From Mobula hypostoma (Eukaryota): 64,000 bases of DNA. Made by a program: the position numbers and the translations under genes. Positions within the stretch are counted from its first letter, which is position 1. Each line of letters starts with the position of its first letter. Location of the stretch: the NCBI RefSeq assembly GCF_963921235.1, contig NC_086108.1:79548001-79612000 (forward strand). The letters run 5' to 3'. Below the pieces are notes generated by a model. That model searched no databases. It was not told the origin of the DNA and worked only from the letters and a program-made list of their open reading frames with translations. Positions 14,654 through 27,282 of this stretch are shown piece by piece.

Positions 14654-16035
14654 AGTTCAAAGTTCATAGTAAATTTATTATTAATGTAAATAATGTCACA
14701 ACCTTGAGATTTGTTTTCTTGTGGGCAATCGCAGTATATACAGGAAACACAATAGAATTGATGAAATATCACAACGACAAATGTCCAAATACAAAAAAAG
14801 AGGGGGAAATAATAATAATAAAGCTATAAATATCTACAACATGAAATGAAGAGTGAGTCGGGTTCAGCAAGAATGATTCAGTGAAGGGGCAAGTGAAGTT
14901 ATCCCCTATGGTTCAAGAGCCTGATGGTTGGGGGGAGAATAACTGTTCCTGAATCTGCTGGTGCATTCCCTGAGGCTCCAGTAACAACTTCCTGATAGCA
15001 GCAGTGAGAAAGAGCATGGCTTGGATGATGCGGAGCCCTAGATGATGGGTGCTGTTTTCCTGCGGCACTGCTCCATGTGGATGTGCTTAGGGCGGTGAGG
15101 GCTTTATCCGTGATAAAATGGGCTGTATTCATTACTCTTTGTAGGCTTTTCCATGCAAGGGCATTGGTGCTTCCATCCCAGGCTGTGATGAAACTGGTCA
15201 ATATACTCTCCACCGCACACCTATTGAAGTTTGTCAAAGTTCTAGATGACATGCCGAATCTGCGCCAACTTCTCAGAAAGTAGAGGCGCTGTCATGCTTT
15301 CTTCATAATGGCACTTACTTGCTGGACCCAGGACAGATCCTCTGAAATGATAACACCAAGGATTTAAAAGTTGCTGACGCTCTCCACTGCTGATCACCCA
15401 ATGAAGACTGGTGCATAGACCTCCAAGTTCCTCCACCTGAAGTCAATTATCATCTCCTTGGTCTTTCTGACATTGAGCGATAGGTTGTTGTGGTACCATT
15501 CCTCCAGAGTTTCAGTCTCCCTCCAATATGCTGATACATCACCACCCTTGATATGGCCAAGGACAATGGTGTCATCAGCAAACTTAGATATGGCATTGGA
15601 GCTGTGCTTAGCCTTACAGTCATAAGTATAAAAATGAGTAGAGCAGGAGCTAAGCAGACAGCCTATGCTGAAGGAGATTGTGGAGGAGATGTTGTTGCCA
15701 ATCTGAACTGACTGAAGTCTGCAAGTGAGGAAATTGAAGATCCATTTGCAGAAGGAGGTATTGAAGCCAAGGTCTTGAAACTTAATTAGTTTTGAGGGGA
15801 TGATAGTATAAAATGCCAAGCTGTAGTCAATGAAGAGCTTCCTGATGTATGTATCTTCATTGTACAGATGTTTCAGGGTTAAGAGAAGAAGGCAATGAAT
15901 TGACATCTGCTGTTGACCTGTTGTATCAGTAGACAAACGGAAATGGATTTAAGTTGCTCTCAGGCAGGAGTTGATATGTTTCATCACTAACCTCTCAAAG
16001 TTCTTCATCACAGTGGATGTAAATGCTATTGGACA
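14654..16035 (-). mobile_element. Rex1/Babar-like LINE 3' portion
   Basis: [53 protein letters not shown]. Tail aataaatttactatgaactttgaact on the minus strand. Confidence 0.8.
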
Positions 16036-16557
16036 ATAACTGATGCTCATACCTGGAGTTAGATTCAAGCCACAGTAGCCGAATCATTTGGATCATTTAT
16101 AACAATGGGTATTTTCATGGAGCCGGGAATAACTTGTGTATATTCTTAGTTTTTGTTTTAAGTGAGGTATGCCTGGATGACGTTGTGGCTTGGTGATGTA
16201 TGCCATTCACATAATTTGCATATAATTGTGTTAGTGCTCAATCTGTTCAGTATACAAAACCCAGCTATCTGTTGTGTAATCAGACACGTCAATCTTTCCG
16301 ATGTAGCCAACCATTTCTGCTTTTTTTGAAAATGATGATTATTATCACTGCTTATGAACCCATAAATTTGTCTGTTTTCTGCCTTTTTTAAAACTTGAGC
16401 ACATGCTGCACTGCTTTTTTTACTTGACCATTTCTAGCTGCACTTTTTTTTAACTTGCCCTTTTCTCACCGCGCTTTTTTTAAAAACTCACATGCCTCAC
16501 TGCGCTTCAACAGGTAGGTAGTTGTCGTGGGTTAGCTTAAAACTTCGTTGTTGCCAC

Positions 16558-16733
16558 TGTTATGTCTTGTAACACCAGAACATAAAACTGATTCAAAGAA
16601 AACAAACGGAGTAATTTGTGTATGTTCTTCTTTTTTACTTTAAGCAAGATGTGATGTCATTCACATAATTTACATATAATGAACGAAAATTGTCACAATA
16701 TTGTTCAAATAGTACTGAAATATTAAATACATG
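16558..16733. repeat. Dispersed repeat (possible solo-LTR remnant), partly duplicated at ~16110-16235
   Basis: taa.ttgtgtat.ttctt...tttaag...cattcacataattt.catataat occurs twice in direct orientation. This copy begins tgtt. Confidence 0.4.
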
Positions 16734-17229
16734 ATTGCCTTACATTCCACTCTTTGATTCTTCCCAAACTTCTCTGAGAAAATACTAAAATACACTAAAA
16801 GCTGTTTCAAAGGCAGAAAATGGAAATTTGCTTTTTCTGTCCTATAGTAATGTCACATATGGTTCAGCAGGAGGGCCAGTTGGGTATCGTTGGCATTGGC
16901 TGTCATAGAACATAGAACATTCATGACTATGTTATGGTAGCCAGGCTCCACCTATTAAGTATTTTATTCAATCGTTAGAGGAGATTGTTGATAAATGATA
17001 TGTATGCTGAGCCTTTGAGTTATTGCATTATTCCTGTCTATTCAGGTGAAATGGTTCCATGGTGTGCCTGGCACAATCTCCAAAAACGGCAACAATTTTT
17101 ACTAATAAAGCATATTCTTTTCTAAACCAGAATGTTTGCTTCTTGATCGTAAGAGTAGAGGCATTTGTATTGATAACTCCTTAAGTCTTGTTTCCTCAGA
17201 AGCCTATTGACTAATGACGTGACAGAACA

Positions 17230-19766
17230 CAATGAATTAAAGGAGGAGGGGTAGTGTTACTAGTCAGGGAAAAGGTCATGGCAGTGCTTCGTCAGGACAG
17301 ACTAAGAGAACTCGACCAGTGCGGCATTATGGGTGGAACTGAGAAATAAGAAAGGTATGACCACATTAATGGGGCTATATCACAGACTACCTATTTGGAG
17401 GAACAAATTTGTAACGGGATCGCAGACTACTGTAGGAAACATAAGGTTGTTATTGTAGATGATTTTAACTTTCAACGTATTGATTGGGAATCCCATACTG
17501 TAAAAGGACTGGATGGGATAGACTTCGTCTAATGTGTTCAGGAAAGTTTCCTTCATCAGTCCATAGATTTCCCAATGAGAGACTGTGCGATACTAGATCC
17601 GCAATCAGGGAATGAGACAGGGCAGATGTCAGAAATTTGTGTAGGGGAACACTTTGCATCCAGTGACCATAATGCTATTTGTTTCAAAGTAAATCTGCAA
17701 AAAGATAGATCTGGTCCGTGGGTTGGGATTCTAAATTGGAGAAAGGCCAATTTTGATGGTATCAGAAATGATCTGCCAAGTGCAGGGAATCTTGCTCTTC
17801 AAGAAATATTGAGGCCCTGGTTAAGAGGAAAAAAGAGGCGCATAGCAGTTATAGGTGGTAGGAACAGATGAGGTGCTTAAGGAATATAAGAAATGCAAGA
17901 GAACACAAAAAAGAAATCAGGAAGGCTAAAAGAAGGCATGAAGTTGCTCTAGCTGACAAGGTGAAGGAGAATCGTAAGGGATTCTACACATAAATTTAGA
18001 GCAAAAGGATTGCAAGGGACAAAATTACTCCTCTGGAAGATCAGAGTGGTCATCCATGTGTGGAGCCAAAACAGACTGGGGATATCTTAAATGAATTCTT
18101 TGCATCTGCATTTACTTAGGAGGCAGACACAGGGTCTGTAGAGGTGAGGCAAAGCAGCACCAACTTCATGGACCCTGTACAGATGACATAAAAGGAGGTG
18201 TTTGCTACCCTGAGGCATATCAGAGTGGATAAATCCCCAGGGCCTCTCAAGGTGTTCCTTTGGATTCTACCAGAAGCAGGTGCAGAAATTGCCAGGACCT
18301 TAGTGGAGATGCATAAATCACCCTTAGCGACCCAAGAGGTATCAGAAGATTGGAGGATAGGTAATGTTGTTCTGCTGTTTAAAAAAGGCTCTAAGCATAA
18401 GGCAGCAAATTATAGGGCAGTGAGTCTGACGTCAGTTGTGGGAAAGTTATTGGAAGGTATTCTAAGGGACTGGATATTTAAGTATTTGGATAGACCATTA
18501 AGGATAGTCAGCATGGCTTCGTGTGTGGTAGGTCATGTCTAACCAATCTTGGAGGGTTTTTCAATGAAATTAGCAGAAAAGTGGATGAAGACAATGCAGT
18601 GGATATGTCTACATGGTCTTCATTAAGGTGTTTGATAAGGTCCCGCATTGGAGATTGATCAAGAAAGTCCAGTCGCTCAGCATTCAAACTGAGGTAGTAA
18701 ATTGAATTAGATATTGGCATTGTGGGAGAAGCCAGAGAGTGGTGGTAGATGGTTGACTCTTTGACTGGAGGCCTGTGACTAGTGGTGTGCTGCAGGGATC
18801 AGTGCTAAGTCTGTTGTTTGTCATCTGTATCAATGATCTGGCTGATATTGTGGTTAACTGGATCAGTAAATTTGTAGATGACACCAAAATTGGGGATGTA
18901 GTAGACAGCAAGGAAGGCTATCATGACTTGCAGAGAGATCTGCATCAGCTGGAAAAATGGGCTAAAAAATGGCAGATGGAAGTTAATATGGACGTGCACT
19001 TCGGTAGGACCAACCAGGGTAGGTCTTACACAGTGAACAGTAGGGCACTGAGGAGTGTGTTAGAACAAAGGGATCTTGGAATACAGGTACATAGTTCATT
19101 GAAAGTTGTGTCACTGGTAGATAGAGTCATAAAGAATGCTTTTGGCACATTGGCCTTCATAAATCAATGTATTGAGTACAGGAGATTGGATGTTATGTTG
19201 AATTTCTATAAGATGTTGGTGAGGCCTAATTTGGAGTATTGTGTGCAGTTTTGGTCATCTACCTACAGGAAAGATGTGAACAGGGTTGAAAGTGTACAGA
19301 GAAAATTTACAGGGACGTTGCCAGGTCTAGAGGACGTGAGCTCTTAGGAAAGATTGAATAGGTTAGGACTATATTCTTTAAAACATAGAAAAATGAGAGG
19401 AGATTTGATAAAGGTTTACAAAATTATGAGGAGTATAGCTAGGGTAAATATAAATAGGCTTTTTCCACTGAGGTTGGGTGGGACTACAACCAGAGTTCAA
19501 GGATTAAGAGTGAAAGGTGAGAGGTTTAAGAGGAACATGAAGTGAAACTTTGTGAGAGTGTAGAGTCAGCTGCTAGCACAAGTGGTGCATGTGAGCTCAA
19601 TTTCAACGTTTAAGAGAAGGCTGGATAGGTACATGAATAGTAGGGGTATGGAGGGCTGTGGTCCTGGTATAGGTCGATGGGAGTAGGCCGTTTAAGTAGG
19701 TTTGGCATGGTCTAGATGGCCCAAAGGGCCTGTTTCTGTGCCGTACTTCTCTATGACTCTATGACT
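17230..19766 (+). mobile_element. CR1 LINE ORF2 remnant with 3' tail
   Basis: KSPGP, NYRAVSLTS, QGSVL, KFVDDTK, VRPNLEYCVQFW. Tail ctatgactctatgact. Confidence 0.88.
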
Positions 19767-20563
19767 TACTATTTCTGTGTATATCTGAGCTCAGGACAGG
19801 TGCAAACATGTTGTATTTTCTTTTATTTAGTATTTACTTGTAAATAGAATAGAGATGAACAAAGTCAGTGGGCAAGGTGATAAATTGATAATAGAATCAT
19901 ATGCTTGTGTATTCATAGAGTCTGAGATTACATAGATCTTTTAGCCATTATAAAAGACAAGGAGAGTGTCTGTAAGGATATGACTGAAGGAATACTTGAA
20001 CATAGGACACTATATAGCACACTACATTCTCTTTGACCCAAAATGTGGTGCTGACCTTTTAACCTATTCTAAGGTCAATCTAACCCTGCACTCATGCAGA
20101 GGGTGCCTTCCATTTTTCTATCATTCAGGTGCCTATCCAAGCATTTCTTAAATGCCCCTAATGTGTCTGCCTCTACCACCACCTGTGCCAGGGCATTCCA
20201 TGCATTTATCACTCTCTGTGTGAAGAACTTACCTCGATGATGGCCCTGGTATTAACCGTTTCTGCCCTGGGAAAAAGTCTCTGGCTATTTTCTCGATCTA
20301 TGCCTCTTATGATCTTGAACACCTCCATCACGTCACCTTTGGAAGTACCTCTTTTTTCTGAGCGCATAATTCTAGAGGTAGTTATTAACTAATTAAATAA
20401 ATGTGCATTAGTTACTGAATACAGAAGGAAGTGATTCAGCCATGCATGCTAGTTGTAGCTTTTTGAAGTAGGAATCCCTGTTTAGTATCACATGAAGTCC
20501 TCTTTCTCATCTTTCAATATTTGGCCAGCACCCATTCAGAATTATGTTTGGATAAATATTTCA

Positions 20564-20771
20564 AAAACGCAAACAACAGGAATTCTGCAGATGCTGGAAA
20601 TTCAAGCAACACGCATCAAAGTTGCTGGTGAACGCAGCAGGCCAGGCAGCATCTCTAGGAAGAGGTACAGTCGACGTTTCAGGCTGAGACGCTTCGTCTG
20701 ATGAAGGGTCTCGGCCTGAAACGTCGACTGTACCTCTTCCTAGAGATGCTGCCTGGCCTGCTGCGTTCACC
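20564..20771. mobile_element. 208-bp hairpin mini-element derived from the PLE 3' end, 15-bp TSD
   Basis: Arms 20627-20698 and 20700-20771 are reverse complements with 3 differences in 72 nt. Flanks tggataaatatttca (20549-20563) and tggataagtatttca (20772-20786). Confidence 0.9.
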
Positions 20772-21160
20772 TGGATAAGTATTTCACTGTCTCATTTGAT
20801 GTAGACTTACAGACCCTGACAATTGTCACCGGGGGAAAAATTCCCTTCATCCCCTCCTCCTCTAAATCTGTGATCAGTGATAACTATCCAAAAGGAATAA
20901 ACTTTCTGTCTACTCTATAACCAGCTCACATCTTTCTGAAAAGGTCACATCATAACAGTCTTACAGGAAGAACAGTCGTCACCATTACAATGTTTCCTCA
21001 TTCTAGTAACATCCTGATTCACTCTTTATGTTCTTTTTCTAAGCAATTGTATCTTTCCTGGCAGCCAGAATTGTCATCTGAGGCCTGGCCTAGCAAGGTT
21101 CCAGTTTAATTTCACTTTTTATATTCTATGCTTCCTTTTGCACCAAGTAAGTCTAATAAG

Positions 21161-21677
21161 CAGACATCCCACCTCTCCTGGAAGTTCCGGGAGTCTCCCA
21201 CATATTAATAGTGGCTCCCTGATGCCCGCAAATTATATACAATATCACGGAAATCAATTTTTTTGCGAGCAAGAGAAAACGAGAGAGCGCGTGAGCAAGA
21301 GAGAGAGCGCGCGAGCAAGAGAGAGAGCGCGAGAGCACGCCATGGCAGGGTGTATAAAAGGTGCGTCACCCCAGACTACACTAAAGTGTACCCCTGCCTA
21401 ATAGGGGTCAAAAATAATGACAGTGTTGCTTACTGCACTGTTTGCAACAGTGACTTTTCTGTTGCCCATGGTGGGTTAAAATGTAAAAGACATGTTGAGG
21501 TGAGTTTAACAGGTGTCATTTGTTCATTAGCATAGCTAACATTATTTAAACTAGCTGGCTAGCTGCTAAGGAGCTACTCTATTGCAGACATCCCACCTCT
21601 CCCGGAAGTTCCAGGAGTCTCCGGCAAATTGATGGTGCTACCTCCCTGAAATGAGTTTTTGCAGGGTGGGATGTCTG
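21161..21677 (+). mobile_element. Non-autonomous hAT-like DNA transposon, 13-bp TIRs, 6-bp TSD
   Basis: aataag|CAGACATCCCACC...GGTGGGATGTCTG|aataag. Internal BED-like zinc finger remnant AYCTVCNSDFSVAHGG..KRHVE. Confidence 0.8.
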
Positions 21678-24402
21678 AATAAGTTTAGTGCCAATTTCTG
21701 AAGGAGAGACTGTACTCAATCAAAGCAATTTGTAAAAATCCAGGAAGAGAGAAAGAGAATGTAAAGGAGAGGTTTTGTGTGCATTTTTTAGAAATTGGTG
21801 AATTGATTTGGATTATTGTTGTCGTACTTACCGCATGCAGGAAATCTTGTCTTGTGTACCATTCATACAGATCAGTACATTACAGCAGTGCTCTGAGACA
21901 GTACAAGGTGAAACAATAACCAAAATGCATAAAGTATTACAACTACAGAGAAAGTACAGTGCGGGAGGAGAGACATGGGAGATTGAAGATTCTGGAATGA
22001 GGAACAACGCAAAAGATGCTGGAGGAACTCAGTAGGTCAGGGAGCATCATTACAGGGACATGGGAAGCTCTGCTCTCAAGTCAAGACACTGCATCAGGTC
22101 TTATCATGGTGACCGCTGAGTTCTCCCAGCAGTGTGTTTTCGCCAAGGGAAGTGACAACACAGGTAAATGTGGCCATAAAATTGATAACTTGGAATCCTT
22201 GAACTTGTGTCCTAAGACACTGAGTGCAGCAGCAAGTGATAAATTTGTACATAATTTATTTTGGCCTCCATTAGTGTATTCTCTGCACAAAACTAGAATG
22301 ATATAAAGCCAGTAAAAGGTGTCTCGCCAGGATTGAGAGTTCCAGTTATAAAGAAAGACTTGAGAAGATGAGCTTTTTAACTACAATTGATAAGGTTAGG
22401 AGTTGCCTGGTTGTAATCTTCAAGATTATAACTGGTTCCAGTGAAATACATTGTGATAAATTTCTTTCACAGACCAGTGAGACAGTAATAAGTGAACACG
22501 AATTTCAGATCACAGAATGAGTTAACAGGGGTTGAAATTCTCATTACTTAACAGCTATCTTTTGACACATTACAGTATCTGTTTGACTTTCTCTTTAATA
22601 TAGTTTTTATATTGAGAATTAAAACATTTTCTACATGGGCTTACATTATCCGGCCCATTTTGGCAAAATTCACATTTGCTCTAGTTCAAACTAAAACTAA
22701 CTGGACGTGGTGTATTTTTCAGCCAGTGCAGATAGTGCACTATAAGGTTCACCCAATTGTGATACAGCATGACCAGGTTTATTCTCAGGGTGGCATGTGG
22801 AAATTAAGAGTTGCATCAAGCAGTCTCATGACCAACATGGCAATGGGATTCTATGTGTTTAAATGTCATGTGGATTCAAAACTTGAGTTCTAACTCCTTT
22901 GTCACTGCGTCTCAAGCTTACAAATCTTTCCTGAAGCATATTTATTTTTAACTTTATATCTTTACAAATTGCAAATAAAATGCATTTTATGGTGTGTATA
23001 CTATTGCTTGAGAGTCTAATAAATTAATTTCACTCCAAGTAATGCACCCTGTTTAACTGTATAGTTACATATGCAGTACAATAAATAGTAGCTGTTCCAA
23101 GATCTACTAAAACATCATTTCATATTTTTGGTGTACTTGTACATACTATTCTTTCCTCTCAGAGAATCTCTGCAAACACATCCTGTCATGTAGAGTGAAT
23201 TACAGCAGTACAAACTCCCCCAGCTCCTGGTGCATTAAATCCTGCAGTATATTCTGCACCACATGTGGTTATTAGTAGATAAGCGTGTATGGCACAGAGA
23301 AGGGTTGACTTAATTATTTTAAGATAAATCAATTATTATTCTAATTTATCATGTGTGCCTTTTCCATTATTAGTTATAGATAGCCTACCTACCTACAGCA
23401 TTGTAATACACTATCGTGCATCTCTCATAGCAAATTTAGCAATGGGGTAAGTGTCCAGTATGTAATAAAGCTTTTATTTTAAATTCTTTTGCCTACATTG
23501 CAAAGCATTCGATGTAGATTTTTGTGAAACCAGAATTTAATTTTCTGTTTATGGTCACTCTTAAGCCTCGAAGGTCTGAGACTCTGGGACTCTTGGCCTG
23601 AACTCGACACCTCCCCAGATTTCTTTCTGGCTATCTCCTCTCTCCACTCCCAGTCCTATTTCAGGGTCCCAATTTGAACATGCCACCACAGATGCTGATT
23701 GACTTGCTGAGTTCCTACAGTGGTTTGTTCTTTGTTCTAAAAATATGTTTTCTACCAATGCTATTTTCAAATTTTATTTATGAAAGGAAATTTAGAGACA
23801 ATTCAGAAAAGTTTTAAGAATTTTCTCTTGAAGACCAGATTCTCATTGAGCTACCATAAGAAGACCTGGACAAGCGCAAGAGGGAATATGAGGAGGATTA
23901 AAATAGGCTAGGCTAGAATTGGTGTAAACATACAGTACTTTGCACATATCTATAGTGGTAAAGGAGCAGGGGGAGGGGAATCACGGGTGGGAAAAGGAGG
24001 AGGGAATGGGAAGCACCAGAGGGATATTATTTAATGATCAAAAAATCGATTGCTTGGAATCAAATGACCTTGCCTGGTGTCCCAGGGCTGGGTGTGTCTG
24101 CACCCGTGCCATCCCCCTCTGCTGGCACTCCTCTCTCAAATGTCCCACACCCCTCCTGCCGTGTTCCACTCTCACCATTCCCAACATCCTTTCTTTGTGC
24201 CACATTTACAGACTCGCTCTCTGCTTCACGTTGACAAATACAGTACTGTACAAAAGTCTCAGGCACTCTAGCTATATAGAGTGCCTATAAAAAGTATTCA
24301 CCCCCTTTGGAAATTTTCCTGTTTAATTGTTTTACAACATTGAATCACAGTGGATTTAATTTGGCTTTTTTGACACTGATCAACAGAAAAAGACTCTTCC
24401 GT

Positions 24403-25446
24403 TTCAGAATGGCAGGCAGTGACTAGTGGGGTACCGCAAGGCTCAGTGTTGGGACCCCAGTTGTTTACAATATATATTAATGACTTAGACGAGGGAATTA
24501 AATGCAGTATCTCCAAGTTTGCAGATGACACGAAGCTGGGTGGTAGTGTTAGCTGTGAGGAGGATGCTAAGAGGATGCAGGGTGACTTGGATAGGTTAGG
24601 TGAGTGGGCAAATTCATGGCAGATGCAATTTAATATGGATAAATGTGAGGTTATCCACTTTGGTAGCAAGAACAGGAAAACAGATTATTATCTGAATGGT
24701 GGCCAATTAGGAAAAGGGGAAGTGCAATGAGACCTGGGTGTCATTGTACACCAGTCATTGAAAGTGGGCATGCAGGTACAGCAGGCGGTGAAAAAGGCGA
24801 ATGGTATGCTGGCATTCATAGCAAGAGGATTCGAGTACAGGAGCAGGGAGGTACTACTGCAGTTGTACAAGGCCTTGGTGAGACCACATCTGAAGTATTG
24901 TGTGCAGTTTTGGTCTCCTAATCTGAGGAAAGACATTCTTGCCATAGTGGGAGTACAAAGAAGGTTCACCAGATTGATTCCTGGGATGGCAGGACCTTCA
25001 TATGATGAAAGACTGGATCGACTAGGCTTATACTCTCTGGAATTTAGAAGATTGAGGGGTGATCTGATTGAAACGTATAAAATTCTAAAGGGATTGGACA
25101 GGCTAGATGCAGGAAGATTGTTCCTGATGTTGGGGAAGTCCAGAACAAGGAGTCACAGTTTGAGGATAAAGGGGAAGCCTTTTAGGACCAAGATTAGGAA
25201 AAACTTCTTCACACAGAGAGTGGTGAATCTGTGGAATTCTCTGCCACAGGAAACAGTTGAGGTCAGTTCATTGGGTATATTTAAGAGGGAGTTAGATATG
25301 GCCCTTGTGGCTAAAGGGATCGGGGGTATGGAGGGAAGGCAGGTACAGGGTTCTGAGTTGGATGATCAGCCATGATTGTACTGAATGGCGGTGCAGGCTC
25401 GAAGGGCCGAATGGCCTACTGCTGCACCTATTTTCTATGTTTATGT
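24403..25446 (+). mobile_element. Young CR1 3' fragment inserted in the left Tc1 TIR
   Basis: TSGVPQGSVLGP, KFADDTK, RGDLIETYK. Tail ttttctatgtttatgt. Confidence 0.9.
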
Positions 25447-25666
25447 AAAATGAAAACAGATCTCTGCAAAGTGAAATAAATTAATTACAAATATAAAACA
25501 CAAAATAATTGATTGCATAAGTATATGAAACACCATATCATCACTGGTGCAGCCAATTGGTTTTAGAAGCCACGTAATTAGTTAAATGGAGATCATTGTG
25601 TGAAGTCAAGGTGTCTTAATTGATTGTAGTAAAAATACACCTGTATTTTGCAAGGTCCAACTGCTG

Positions 25667-26660
25667 GTGAGTCAGTATCCTGGCAAAAACTACACCTTGA
25701 AGATAAAAGAATATTCCAAGCAACTCTGTGAAAATGTTGTTGAAAATCATGAGCCAGGAGGTGGATACAAGAAAATTTCCAAGTCTCTGAATATCCCTTG
25801 GAGTACAGTTACATCAATCATAAATACATGGAAAGAATATGGCACAGCTGTAAATCAGCCTCGAGCAGGTCGTCCTCAAAAACTAAGTGACTTTGGAAGA
25901 AGGGGACTAGTGAGGGAGGCCATCAAGAGACCTACGACAAGCCTGGAAGAGTAACAAGCTTCAGTGGCTGAGATGGGAGAAACTATGCATACAACAACTG
26001 TTGCTTGGGTGCCTAACCCATTGCAGCTTTATGGGAGAGTGGCAAAGAGAATGCTACTGTTGAAAAAAAATCTTAAATGAGATCTCGGCTAGAGTTTGCC
26101 AGAAGGCATGTGGGAGACCCTGATATCAGCTGGAGGAAAGTTCTATGGTCTGATGAAACCAAAATTGAGCTTTTTGGCCATCAGGCTAAACATTATGTTT
26201 GGTGTAACACTGCACATCATCTAAAACACACCATGATGCATGGTGGTGGCTGCATCATGCTGTGGGGAGGCTTCACTGTAGCAAGCCCTGGTAGGCTTGT
26301 GAAGATAGAGGGTAAAATTAATGCAACAAAATGCAGGGAAATCCTGGAGGAAAACCTGATGCAGTGTGCGAGAACTGCGACCTGGGAGAAGATTTGTTTT
26401 CCGGCAAGACAATGACCACAAGCATAAAGCCAAAGCTAAAGAGGAATGTCAAGGTTAATGTCCTGGAGTGGCCAAGTCAGAGTCCAGACCTCAATCCAAT
26501 TGAGAATTTGTGGCTGGACTTGAAAAGGGTTGTTCAGTAACGATCCCCGTGCAATCTGACAGAGCTTGAACAGTTTTGTAAAAAAAGAATTTGGAAAAAA
26601 TGCAGTGTCCAGATGTGCAAAGCTGATAGAGACTTATCCACATAGACTCAATGTTGTAAT
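25667..26660 (+). pseudogene. Tc1 transposase remnant (HTH + DDE)
   Basis: [61 protein letters not shown] across ORFs 25667, 26077 and 26331. Confidence 0.88.
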
Positions 26661-26738
26661 TGTAGTTGCATTTGCTTAATACTGAATTGAAGAGGGTGAA
26701 TACTTATGCAAACAATTATTTTGTGTTTTATATTTGTA

Positions 26739-27282
26739 TCCGGGGATAGTAATGGAGACAAGCTCCCACTATCTGTTATATGCTCCCAAAGGCGTGCACC
26801 TCAAATAGCCTCTGACAACCAACTCTGGCTCCTGGCTTTCACATGAGGCTTAGCTACTAAGCCCGGTTGAACCATTTCTACTGATAGACGAAGGGGCAAA
26901 TGCGAGTTATTGGCCCCTTAAAACCAGTCACTTCTGGCAGACGGGGCTCATTAGCCATGGTGGGCAGCTCACCTAGGAGAAGGAAGACTCTGATCTCAAA
27001 CCTCTGCTGCCTTGGAGATATACTCACTCATGGGAAAGGCTTCAGGAATAAACCCCGAGGCAAAAATCCGAAGCTGGAGTCCCTAAGGCAGTCCTACATT
27101 GAGTTCAATGCTGACTGACAATTCCTGCGACACTTCTGGTATCAAACGGTCTCTGCCGTTCCTTTGGCTTCATCAGATGCATGGAGGGGGGAGCTTGCTC
27201 TCCATTTCGTACTGCCCAGGCTTGAATATCTAGACAGCTAGGATGCAATATCCATGATCAACTCTGACCAACAGAGGCCCTC
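26739..27282 (+). mobile_element. Non-coding non-autonomous retroposon (possibly RTE-related) inserted in the right Tc1 TIR
   Basis: Flanked by atatttgta (26730-26738) and acatttgta (27283-27291). Homologous to 38825-39153. RTE affinity rests on recall of the ctaggagaagga..actctga motif only. Confidence 0.6.

Noticed and set aside
21263..21535. Arg/Glu-rich ORF (RARENERARE...) as a host gene
   Set aside because: It is the translation of a GA-rich tandem repeat inside a TIR-bounded transposon.
26780..26920. Possible HDV-like ribozyme at the 5' end of the RTE-like insert
   Set aside because: I could not build the nested double pseudoknot by eye. It needs a descriptor search on a family consensus.
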